Of a stretch of 64,000 nucleotides of DNA, positions 55,655-64,000 are shown in pieces. Numbering within the stretch: position 1 is the stretch's first letter; the number at the start of each line of letters is the position of its first letter. Position numbers and translations under genes: made by a program. The stretch is taken from the NCBI GenBank assembly GCA_902604535.1, contig CACKZK010000003.1, forward strand, positions 11,227 through 75,226. Reading direction: 5' to 3'. The notes beneath the pieces are model-generated. The model searched no databases. It saw only the letters and a program-made list of their open reading frames with translations, and was not told where the DNA came from. The stretch is from an uncultured SAR86 cluster bacterium (lineage in GTDB: Bacteria; Pseudomonadota; Gammaproteobacteria; Magnimaribacterales; AG-339-G14).

Positions 55655-58600
55655 TTTTTTTGTAGATCGCTACAGAACTACTTTAACAATGATGTTCTTA
55701 GTTTTAACACTAGGAATGTATTCTTACAGTCAAATCCCAAATGCTTCGGAACCTGATATAGATGTTCCTTTCGTAATTGTTTCCACTTTCTATGAGGGAG
55801 TTTCTCCTGAAGATGCTGAAAGATTAATATCCAGACCTATTGAAAAAAGACTTTTAACAGTTGAGGATGTTAAAGGCGTTCAATCATACAGTAGATTGAA
55901 TTTTTCCACTGTTATTGCTGAATTTCCAAACGATTTTGATCCTGATACGGCCAAAACTAACATTAGAGATGCGGTAGATGAAATTGCATTTAAGTTACCC
56001 GCAGAGGCTGAAGAACCAACGGTCGGTAACTTTAACTTTGCTCTTGTGCCGATTATGAGAGTCAATTTAGTTTCTAATGAACTTTCCAAAAGAGAGTTGA
56101 ATTTTATCGCTAAAGATTTGCAATCAGATATTGAAGCCATACCTTTGGTTTTGGAAGCTAATGTAGTTGGTGTTCCTGAAGATTTATTAGAAGTAGAAGT
56201 TGATAGAACTAAACTGGAGAGTTTTGGTATAACTGCTCAAGATTTTTACAACGCTATTTCACAAAATAATAGAGTTATTCCTGCTGGAATAATTAACACA
56301 GGTACTGGTACATTTGCAGTAAAAGTTCCCTCTATTTTTGAGGAAGTCAACGATGTAAGAAAAATACCTTTAATAAAGAGAGAAAACGCTGTAATCAGAA
56401 TTGAAGACGTTGCTTCAATAAGAAGGTCCTTTAAGGATCAACAAAGTTTTGCAAAAGTTAATGGAAAAAATACTGTCTCAGTTGAAGTTGTAAAAAAAAC
56501 AGATGCTAATGAACTTGATGCTGTTGAATTAATAAATGCTCTTTTAGCAGAAAAAACTGAACGTTATCCCCCATCTCTTGAAATAGTAGTAACCGAAGAT
56601 AGAACTGCTTGGAATACTGTAATGTTGAAAGAGCTGATGGGGAATGTAGTTACTGCATTGGTCTTGGTGATGGCTGTTGCTCTTGCAACTATGGGTATAC
56701 GGTCCTCTTTGATGGTAGGGGCCGCAATACCATTGTGCTTCTTTTTTGGGATGATTATCCTGAATGCCTACGGAACTTCTTTCAATTTTTTAGTTTGTTT
56801 TGGTATTTTAATTTCTCTCGGCATGTTGATAGATGGAGCAGTAGTTGTAATTGAATTCGCCGACAGAAAAATGGCTGAGGGACTTGATAAAACCACTGCA
56901 TATAAATTGGCAGCTAGAAGAATGTTTTGGCCAGTGATTGCTTCTAACCTTACAACTCTTGCTGCTTTTTTCCCTCTATTATTCTGGGATTCTTTATCAG
57001 GCTCTTTTTTAAGAACTCTAATTGTCACAGTTTTTGCGGTTCTCGGAGGTTCTCTTATATATGCGCTGCTTTTTACGCCAGCAATCGGATCTTTGTTTGG
57101 AAGCATTGGCAATCGAAGCCAAGAATCTATTCAAAACACATCAAAGTTAGAAAATGGAGATCCAACGGAACTTCCTGGAATTACTGGTGCTTATGCAAGA
57201 ACCCTTAATTTCATTCTAGAAAGGCCTCTTCAAGTCCTATTCTTTACCATATTATTGGTTTACACGATTTTTTTACTTCAAGGACGTCATGGTGCGGGCT
57301 CTACTTTTTTCGTTGATGGAGAACCGACTTTTTTGAGCGTAAATATTGAGGCAAGAGGAAACTTGAATGCTTCTGAAAAATTGGACTTGATGGAACAAAT
57401 TGAGGATGAGATGGTAAAAATACCTGAAATTCTCAGACTTTCAATGTACACCAAGGGAGAGTCTGTAGGCGATCCCAGAAGCAGAGGATCTTCTGATGGT
57501 ATCGGTGGCTTTTTGGTGGAATTGCCATTCTTGGAAGAGGATATTCTGCCAGATGGAAGGGATGGCTATTTAGTCTTGGATAGTTTGAGAGATATGGAAA
57601 AAGACTTCCCGGGACTGAAATTTGTTATAAGAAGAGAGGAAGGTGGTCCTCCAGTTAATTCTCCCATTGAAATCGACGTCTCTGGAAGGGACTCTCAAGT
57701 TGTCTTCGAGGCTACTCTCGCCTTAGAAGAATTTATGAAAAATTCTATTGAAGGCGTTGATAATGTTAAGACCACTATCCCAGTGAGAAAAATTGAATGG
57801 TCTGTGGATATAGATAAGGAGAAGGCATCTTTATTTGGTGTATCAACCACAGAAATAGGAGCAGCCGTTCAATTTCTTACAAACGGACTTAAGCTCGGCG
57901 AGTACAGGCCCGAAGACGTGGATGATGAAGTTGAGATTAGAGTGAGGTACCCTGAGTCTGAAAGGCGTATAAATCAATTAGGTCAATTAAATATTCCAAC
58001 CAGACAAGGGCTAATGCCATTAAGTAGTTTTGTTGAGATAGTTCCTGAATTTGATGTTCCATCTATAAGAAGAGTCGATGGAGAGAGGGCCTTTACTGTC
58101 ACAGCGGATTATCTTGAAAATGCCGTGCCCTCTTTGGTGATCCAACAAATAAATGAGTGGATTGATGAGAATATTGAATTTCAAAATATTAATTTTATTT
58201 TTGGAGGTGAGCAAGAAGAAGTTGAAGATGCAGCATCTTTTTTTGCCTTGGCTGGAATAATCTCTATTTTCTTAATGGCTATGTTACTAGTTACCCAACT
58301 TAACAGCTTTTATCAAGCATTCGTGATTGTTTTTGCAATTATATTGTCAACTGCTGGCGTTCAACTTGGCCTATTCTTGACACAATCAATCACTAGTGTG
58401 CTTTTCACAGGACTATCTGTTGTGGCTTTGGCAGGAATAGTTGTTAATAACAACATAGTTTTGGTTGACACTTACAATGTTCTCAAACGCAACTCAATTA
58501 ATTTGAAAGAAAAAGATATTCTAATCAGAACTTGTGCTCAGAGGTTAAGACCTGTGTTTCTTACTTCTTTTACCACGGTGGTGGGACTATTACCTCTTGC

Positions 58601-58823
58601 AAGCAGCATTGGTGTTGATTTTATTTCAAGAGAAATTGGATTGGGCGGAAGAGTGGCGGTTTATTGGCAACCTTTAGCATTTGGTCTGGTTTGGGGTTTG
58701 TCCTTTGCAACAATACTTACCCTTTTTGTGACGCCAGCCTGGTTAATTCTACCTTCAAGATTGAAGGAAGTTTTTTCAAAATTTGAAATAATTACTAATA
58801 AAACAAATGTCCAACAGCGATAA
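55638..58823 (+). CDS. RND efflux transporter permease (AcrB/HAE1-like)
   Basis: 1061 aa with 12-TM architecture and two large periplasmic loops. N-terminus LIDFFVDRYRTTLTMMFLVLTLGMYSYSQIP...EPDIDVPFVIVST. Confidence 0.92.
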   Translation: MKGLIDFFVDRYRTTLTMMFLVLTLGMYSYSQIPNASEPDIDVPFVIVSTFYEGVSPEDAERLISRPIEKRLLTVEDVKGVQSYSRLNFSTVIAEFPNDFDPDTAKTNIRDAVDEIAFKLPAEAEEPTVGNFNFALVPIMRVNLVSNELSKRELNFIAKDLQSDIEAIPLVLEANVVGVPEDLLEVEVDRTKLESFGITAQDFYNAISQNNRVIPAGIINTGTGTFAVKVPSIFEEVNDVRKIPLIKRENAVIRIEDVASIRRSFKDQQSFAKVNGKNTVSVEVVKKTDANELDAVELINALLAEKTERYPPSLEIVVTEDRTAWNTVMLKELMGNVVTALVLVMAVALATMGIRSSLMVGAAIPLCFFFGMIILNAYGTSFNFLVCFGILISLGMLIDGAVVVIEFADRKMAEGLDKTTAYKLAARRMFWPVIASNLTTLAAFFPLLFWDSLSGSFLRTLIVTVFAVLGGSLIYALLFTPAIGSLFGSIGNRSQESIQNTSKLENGDPTELPGITGAYARTLNFILERPLQVLFFTILLVYTIFLLQGRHGAGSTFFVDGEPTFLSVNIEARGNLNASEKLDLMEQIEDEMVKIPEILRLSMYTKGESVGDPRSRGSSDGIGGFLVELPFLEEDILPDGRDGYLVLDSLRDMEKDFPGLKFVIRREEGGPPVNSPIEIDVSGRDSQVVFEATLALEEFMKNSIEGVDNVKTTIPVRKIEWSVDIDKEKASLFGVSTTEIGAAVQFLTNGLKLGEYRPEDVDDEVEIRVRYPESERRINQLGQLNIPTRQGLMPLSSFVEIVPEFDVPSIRRVDGERAFTVTADYLENAVPSLVIQQINEWIDENIEFQNINFIFGGEQEEVEDAASFFALAGIISIFLMAMLLVTQLNSFYQAFVIVFAIILSTAGVQLGLFLTQSITSVLFTGLSVVALAGIVVNNNIVLVDTYNVLKRNSINLKEKDILIRTCAQRLRPVFLTSFTTVVGLLPLASSIGVDFISREIGLGGRVAVYWQPLAFGLVWGLSFATILTLFVTPAWLILPSRLKEVFSKFEIITNKTNVQQR

Positions 58824-59049
58824 AAAAAAATCTCTCAATTTTGAATCAACTCTCAGCGAGATAGAAAAAATTATAGAGAGTTTAGAAGAAGGAAACTTAT
58901 CCTTAGAAGATTCGATAAAAGCTTATGAGAAAGGGATATCTCTAACTAAAGCTTGTCAAAAGATGCTTTCAGATGCAGAGCTTAAAATTAAAAAATTATC
59001 CTCTAAAGAAGGAGAAGATGTTTCTTTTGAGGATATATCGAATGATTGA
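58807..59049 (+). CDS. xseB: exodeoxyribonuclease VII small subunit
   Basis: 80 aa. FESTLSEIEKIIESLEEGNLSLEDSIKAYEKGISLTKACQKML; precedes ispA-dxs as in E. coli. Confidence 0.92.
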   Translation: MSNSDKKKSLNFESTLSEIEKIIESLEEGNLSLEDSIKAYEKGISLTKACQKMLSDAELKIKKLSSKEGEDVSFEDISND

Positions 59050-59935
59050 TGATTTCTCTTTCCTAGAAAAAAATCAAAAAAGAATTGAGAAGGCTTTAAA
59101 TAAATCCTTACCCGCAAAAGATTTTTCAAATATTACAGAGGCTATACATTATTCTGTTCTGGATGGCGGAAAAAGGATCAGACCACAACTAATATATCTT
59201 GTTGCAGATTCCCTTAATTTAAATCTCAAAGATGAAAGCATTGATGCTATGGCAGCATCTGGAGAACTAATTCATTGTTACTCTTTGATCCATGATGATC
59301 TGCCTGCCATGGACAATGATGATTTGAGAAGAGGTAAACCTTCTTGTCACATAAAATTTGGCGAGGCATCAGCTATTCTTGCTGGTGATGCTATCCAACC
59401 TTTGGCATTGGAAATAATTACTGGAATTGATGATCCTAATTTATCTGCTGAAACCAAGATTAAAATTATTAGTATTTTTTCAAAAGCCTGCGGACCCTTT
59501 GGAATGGTAGAAGGACAAAATAGAGATATTAAATCAGAAAATATAGATATCTCTCTTAAAGAACTGGATATGATTCACGTTCTTAAGACAGGCAAATTAA
59601 TTTCTGCCTGCGTTCATGCCACTTGTCTTTTGAAGGAAGATTTACCTGAAAATGATATGCAAGCATTCATTAGGTATGCAGAGTGTATTGGTCTAGCTTT
59701 TCAGATAAAAGATGATATTTTAGATTGCACCTCATCAACAGAAGCCCTTGGAAAACCAGCGCATTCCGACGAAAGTTTAAAAAAAAATACTTACCCAAAA
59801 TTAATTGGAATTGAAGAATCCCTTACAAGAGCCGAATCCTTATGCAATGAAGCTATTCAGTGTTTAAAATCTCTCCCTTACAATACTCAAAAGCTGATTA
59901 AATTATCAAAATTCATAGTTGAGAGAACAAATTAA
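59042..59935 (+). CDS. ispA: (2E,6E)-farnesyl diphosphate synthase
   Basis: FARM LIHDDLPAMDNDDLRRGKP and SARM FQIKDDILD. The start is taken at MIDDFSF (59042, ATGA overlap with the xseB stop) rather than the track start at 58973. Confidence 0.93.
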   Translation: MIDDFSFLEKNQKRIEKALNKSLPAKDFSNITEAIHYSVLDGGKRIRPQLIYLVADSLNLNLKDESIDAMAASGELIHCYSLIHDDLPAMDNDDLRRGKPSCHIKFGEASAILAGDAIQPLALEIITGIDDPNLSAETKIKIISIFSKACGPFGMVEGQNRDIKSENIDISLKELDMIHVLKTGKLISACVHATCLLKEDLPENDMQAFIRYAECIGLAFQIKDDILDCTSSTEALGKPAHSDESLKKNTYPKLIGIEESLTRAESLCNEAIQCLKSLPYNTQKLIKLSKFIVERTN

Positions 59936-59941
59936 AATAGA

Positions 59942-61810
59942 GTGAAAGTATTTGATTCCATTCCAGTTAAATGTCCTGAAACGCCTTTACTAGATAGAGT
60001 AAATTCACCTTCAGACTTAAAACAGCTAAAAGAAAATCAATTAGGAGATTTCTGTGATCAGCTTAGAGAATTTCTCTTGTACTCGGTTGGACAAACGGGT
60101 GGACATTTTGGAGCTGGTTTAGGTGTTGTGGAGCTTACAGTTGCTCTTCATTATGTCTTTAATTCTCCTAAAGATAAGATAGTTTGGGATGTTGGTCATC
60201 AGACTTATCCTCATAAAATTATTACGGGGAGAAAAAACTTGATGTCATCTATGCGACAAAAAGATGGTTTACATCCCTTTCCCTCAAGAGAGGAAAGCAT
60301 CTTTGATACTTTCGGTGTAGGACATTCAAGCACTTCTATCAGCGCAGCTTTGGGTATGACAGTAGGTTCAAATGAAAAGGCTATAGCAGTTATAGGCGAC
60401 GGCGCATTAACTGCTGGTATGGCGTTTGAAGCCTTGAGTCATTCTGGCAATCTTAATAAAGATTTATTGGTCATCCTAAATGATAATAATATGTCGATTT
60501 CAAAAAATATTGGTGGGTTATCTAATTACCTAGCAAGAATTTGGTCGAGTCGATGGTATACGCAGATAAGAGAGGGAGGAAAAATGGCGCTGAGATTGAT
60601 CCCTTCTGCAAGAAAATTTGCTAGTAAAGCTGAAGAACATATCAAAGGTATGGTTGCGCCAGGAACTTTATTCGAAGAACTTGGCTTTAACTATGTTGGA
60701 CCCATGGATGGGCATAACGTCAAAGAAATAATAAGAACTTTAAGAAATCTCAACGATACCTCAGGTCCTAAGCTTCTTCATTTAATTACTAAAAAAGGAA
60801 AAGGATTTAAATCTGCAGAGGATGATCCAATTGGATTTCATGCAATCACAAAAATGGAAAATCCAAATTCATCTAAGGAGAAAAATGTTGGCATGAAATA
60901 TTCAGATGTTTTTGGTTCTTGGCTAACTTCAAAAGCAAATGTTGATACTTCCCTTGTCGCAATTACTCCAGCTATGAAAGAGGGCTCAGGGATGGTTGAA
61001 TTTGCGGATAAATTCCCATCGCGTTTCTATGATGTGGCAATCGCTGAACAACATGCAATGACTTTTGCTGCTGGACTTGCGTGCGAAGGGAAAAAACCTG
61101 TTCTAGCTATATACTCTACCTTTTTACAAAGGGCATATGATCAATTAATCCATGATGTAGCAATTCAAAACCTTGATCTTTTAATTGCCATAGATAGAGC
61201 TGGATTAGTTGGTGAGGACGGAGCAACGCATTCAGGCATATTTGATTTATCTTTCATGAGGTGCATTCCTAACTTGATTATAATGACTCCCTCTTCTGAA
61301 GAAGAATGTTGGAGGCTGTTGGAAACTGGTTATAAATTTAAAGGCCCGGCTGCAGTTAGATATCCCAAAGGCTTTGGATTAGGAACAGATCTACCTAATG
61401 AATTTGAAGAAATTGAGATTGGAAAATCAAAAGAAATTAAATTTTCCGAGAAGAATAAAATTTCTATCTTAAGCTTTGGTTCTATGCTGTCACTCTCAGA
61501 TGAAATAAGTGAAGATTTAGACGCTAATTTGATTGATATGAGATTTGTTAAACCGTTAGACGCTGAATGTATTATAAAGTGCGCAAATCAGAGTGATTTG
61601 CTTGTGACACTTGAAGATAATGTTGTTGCTGGAGGTGCCGGTTCAGCGATAAATGAATTTATTGCTCAAGAAGATATTAAAGTTAAAACAATAAGTTTTG
61701 GAATTTCTGATCATTTCCCATCGATCGGAGGAATATCTGAACAGAGAGAGGACTATCAATTAGATAGAGATAAAATAGTGAAGAAAATTAAAGAGAAATT
61801 AATTAAGTAA
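59942..61810 (+). CDS. dxs: 1-deoxy-D-xylulose-5-phosphate synthase
   Basis: GGHFGAGLGVVELTVALHYVF, WDVGHQTYPHKIITGR, GDGALTAGMAFEAL, AEQHA. GTG start. Confidence 0.96.
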   Translation: MKVFDSIPVKCPETPLLDRVNSPSDLKQLKENQLGDFCDQLREFLLYSVGQTGGHFGAGLGVVELTVALHYVFNSPKDKIVWDVGHQTYPHKIITGRKNLMSSMRQKDGLHPFPSREESIFDTFGVGHSSTSISAALGMTVGSNEKAIAVIGDGALTAGMAFEALSHSGNLNKDLLVILNDNNMSISKNIGGLSNYLARIWSSRWYTQIREGGKMALRLIPSARKFASKAEEHIKGMVAPGTLFEELGFNYVGPMDGHNVKEIIRTLRNLNDTSGPKLLHLITKKGKGFKSAEDDPIGFHAITKMENPNSSKEKNVGMKYSDVFGSWLTSKANVDTSLVAITPAMKEGSGMVEFADKFPSRFYDVAIAEQHAMTFAAGLACEGKKPVLAIYSTFLQRAYDQLIHDVAIQNLDLLIAIDRAGLVGEDGATHSGIFDLSFMRCIPNLIIMTPSSEEECWRLLETGYKFKGPAAVRYPKGFGLGTDLPNEFEEIEIGKSKEIKFSEKNKISILSFGSMLSLSDEISEDLDANLIDMRFVKPLDAECIIKCANQSDLLVTLEDNVVAGGAGSAINEFIAQEDIKVKTISFGISDHFPSIGGISEQREDYQLDRDKIVKKIKEKLIK

Positions 61811-62290
61811 ATAATAAAAACAAAAAAACACAAGAAAACTCAATAATCCTGCAATCAAATCATCTAAGAAAACTCCCAATCCATTTTTTAAATTTTGATC
61901 TACGTAAGAAATAGGCCAGGGCTTGACTATGTCAAAAGCTCTAAAAAGTGCAAAACCTACAAAATAATCAAAGATTTCGTCTGAAATGATACTCACCATG
62001 AATAAGGTGAGCAGCATTCCGCCCATTTCATCGGAAACTATTCTTGAGTCATCCTTTATTTCTGCGTCTCTCGAGGCAACTATGCATGAAATCAAAAATA
62101 TTATTAATAAGGAAGTGATGAAGATAGATAGATATAAGAGATCATCTATAAAAACTTCTGCAATAATAAATAAAATTAAGGCTACAGTGGATCCCCAAGT
62201 TCCCGGAGCAATTCTAATTAGTCCTGAACCAAAACCTACAGCAATAAAGTGGAAAATATTCTTTATTTTAGGAAAATTATTTTTCTCCAT
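61799..62290 (-). CDS. pgpA: phosphatidylglycerophosphatase A
   Basis: 163 aa. GFGSGLIRIAPGTWGS, SDEMGG, FDIVKPWPI; follows thiL. Convergent 12-nt overlap with dxs. Confidence 0.9.
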   Translation of the reverse strand: MEKNNFPKIKNIFHFIAVGFGSGLIRIAPGTWGSTVALILFIIAEVFIDDLLYLSIFITSLLIIFLISCIVASRDAEIKDDSRIVSDEMGGMLLTLFMVSIISDEIFDYFVGFALFRAFDIVKPWPISYVDQNLKNGLGVFLDDLIAGLLSFLVFFCFYYLLN

Positions 62291-63224
62291 GGTTCCAACC
62301 CTTCTTTCTTGGAAATTTTACTTCGTTATTATTAAGGATGTACTTAATTTCGCTATTTTTTCTAGTGTGCCCGATCAAGTTGATGTTAGTTCCTGAGTTA
62401 TCAGAAAGTTTAATAATTTTCTTATGATGTTTTTTATCCGCTGTAAAAATCAATTCTAGGTCATCTCCAAATGTAAAATCTTCAAGAGATAACTTATCAA
62501 CCCTAGGGATCTCATCTAGATCAATTACTGCTCCTTGTTTGCTAGGAATAAGAATTTTCTCTAAGTCTGCAATAAATCCATCTGAAACATCAATGCATGA
62601 TGAGGCAAACTTGGAAATGGAATTTGAAATTTCAAATCTCAGCTGAGGAAAAATAAATCTCTTTATATTTTTTTTTCTATAAATTTTTTTATTAAAATTT
62701 TTTTTAATTTCTTCTAAACCTTTTCTAGCAAGTCCCAGTTCTCCAGTTAGATAAATGTTTTGATTATGTTTAGCTCCAGACCTTGAAAGATGATTATTTT
62801 TTTTCGTTTCTCCAGATACCGAGACAGTCACTGACTTTTGATGTGTTTTTATTAAATCGCCACCAATTAAAGGAACGCTTAATAAGTTTGATACTTTATT
62901 TAAGCCTCTTGAGAAATCATTTATGAATTTCTCATCAAGATCACATGCAAGAGCAACACTAAACCAAAGAGGCTTAGCTCCCATCGCTGATATGTCGCTG
63001 AAAGAACGAAGCACTGATCTTGTTGCTATAAATTCGGGAGGTAAAGATTTAGGAAAATGAATTCCTTCATAATTTTGATCCACCGAGTAACAAATATTAT
63101 TTACGCTCTTGAAAACAGCTGAATCATCGCCTGAACCTAGAATAAAATTTTTTTTAGATAAAAATTTTGATCCAATATCTTTAAAATATTTTTCAATTAA
63201 AAAAAATTCGTCTACCTGTGACAT
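62277..63224 (-). CDS. thiL: thiamine-monophosphate kinase
   Basis: DEFFLIEKYF, GSGDDSAVF, SDISAMGAKPLWFSVAL, IDVSDGF. Confidence 0.9.
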   Translation of the reverse strand: MSQVDEFFLIEKYFKDIGSKFLSKKNFILGSGDDSAVFKSVNNICYSVDQNYEGIHFPKSLPPEFIATRSVLRSFSDISAMGAKPLWFSVALACDLDEKFINDFSRGLNKVSNLLSVPLIGGDLIKTHQKSVTVSVSGETKKNNHLSRSGAKHNQNIYLTGELGLARKGLEEIKKNFNKKIYRKKNIKRFIFPQLRFEISNSISKFASSCIDVSDGFIADLEKILIPSKQGAVIDLDEIPRVDKLSLEDFTFGDDLELIFTADKKHHKKIIKLSDNSGTNINLIGHTRKNSEIKYILNNNEVKFPRKKGWNHGEK

Positions 63225-63252
63225 TTACAGATAGACGAATTTAGTTTTTTTA

Positions 63253-64000
63253 TTAAGAATTGTAGGCTTCAAATAGACCAGTGGCTCCCATTCCGCCACC
63301 GACACACATAGTAACAATACCGTATTTGCCACCACGTCTGTTAAGTTCTCTGGCAACATGTCCTACTTGTCTAGAACCAGTCATTCCAAAAGGATGGCCA
63401 ATAGAGATGGAACCACCATTTACATTGAGCTTTTCAGATGGTAATCCAAGAGTATCTCTTATATAAACTACTTGAGAAGCAAAAGCTTCATTGAGCTCCC
63501 ATAAATCAATATCTTCAATAGATAGATTTGCTGATTTCAATAACTTAGGTATTGAATAAACTGGACCTATACCCATTTCATCTGGCTGACAACCAACGAC
63601 AGTGAAACCTCTAAAATATAGCTTAGGTTCCAAGCCAAGTTCTTTGGCTTTATCCTCACTCATAACTAAAGTAACAGATGCACCGTCAGATAGCTGAGAG
63701 GAATTACCAGCAGTTACAGAGCCATTTTCAGGATCAAAAACAGGTTTTAAAGATGATAGACCTTCTATGGTGGTTTCTGGTCTATTACAATCATCTCTAT
63801 CGACAGTAACTTCTAAATCTTTCTCTTCCCCAGTTTCTTTGTTGACAAGCTTCATAACTGTATCCATTGGAATGATCTCATCATCATAGAAACCTCCTTC
63901 TTGAGCTGCAGCAGTTCTTTGCTGGCTAGATAAAGCATACTCATCTTGCGCTTCCCTAGTTACATTGTATCTTTTAGCGACGCACTCAGCAGTTTGGCCC
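63253..64000 (-). CDS. acetyl-CoA C-acyl/acetyltransferase (thiolase), partial (5' end beyond window end)
   Basis: C-terminal thiolase signatures NVNGGSISIGHPFGMTGSR and TMCVGGGMGATGLFE. I checked that the frame stays open upstream of the track Met, reading ...TREAQDEYALSSQQRTAAAQEGGFYDDEIIPMDTV..., out to position 64000. Confidence 0.92.
   Translation of the reverse strand, partial: GQTAECVAKRYNVTREAQDEYALSSQQRTAAAQEGGFYDDEIIPMDTVMKLVNKETGEEKDLEVTVDRDDCNRPETTIEGLSSLKPVFDPENGSVTAGNSSQLSDGASVTLVMSEDKAKELGLEPKLYFRGFTVVGCQPDEMGIGPVYSIPKLLKSANLSIEDIDLWELNEAFASQVVYIRDTLGLPSEKLNVNGGSISIGHPFGMTGSRQVGHVARELNRRGGKYGIVTMCVGGGMGATGLFEAYNS

Noticed and set aside
54584-58823. RND pump lacking an adjacent outer-membrane factor, considered as an anomaly
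   Set aside because: MFP-RND pairs commonly use a TolC-type channel encoded elsewhere. Nothing in the sequence suggests unusual function.

Overview
AT-rich (roughly 30% GC by eye, not computed), very gene-dense bacterial chromosome segment. Many neighbouring genes overlap by 4-26 nt, and no rho-independent terminators are visible. The source is probably a streamlined marine gammaproteobacterium. The evidence is synteny: gyrA-serC-pheA-hisC-tyrA-aroA-cmk-rpsA-ihfB as in Pseudomonas-type genomes, and uvrC-pgsA-tRNA-Cys-tRNA-Leu as in E. coli. The window has two parts. (i) Positions 1 to ~28,000 are an almost entirely minus-strand surface-glycan (O-antigen/capsule-like) accessory island. It contains a phosphonate cassette (cytidylyltransferase-PEP mutase fusion, phosphonopyruvate decarboxylase, Fe-alcohol dehydrogenase). 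It also has a sulfation pair (APS kinase plus sulfotransferase-like), four methyltransferases, a PhyH-family dioxygenase and a FemAB-like transferase. Further content: a truncated NeuB-like synthase, a cytidylyltransferase-2-hydroxyacid-dehydrogenase fusion, a DHQS-like sugar-phosphate cyclase, UDP-GlcA 4-epimerase and a short UDP-Glc dehydrogenase. Export candidates are a MurJ-like flippase, an MsbA/PglK-like ABC exporter and a Wzz-like protein. Several large or paralogous ORFs have no recognisable family. The island abuts and partly interleaves the conserved uvrC-pgsA-tRNA backbone. No integrase, transposase or CRISPR array is visible. (ii) Positions ~28,000-64,000 are core housekeeping: uvrC, ggt, pyrF, ihfB, rpsA, cmk, aroA, tyrA, hisC, pheA, serC, gyrA, pntAB, ubiG, rluB, scpAB, nadE, a DAHP synthase, an RND efflux pair, xseB-ispA-dxs, pgpA-thiL and a thiolase. 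One oddity sits here: a two-gene operon fused to the DAHP synthase gene, encoding a protein with three exact 73-aa-period repeats (DnaT-like motif) and a phage-lambda-P-like protein. All functional calls come from motif recognition in the supplied translations; no database search was run.
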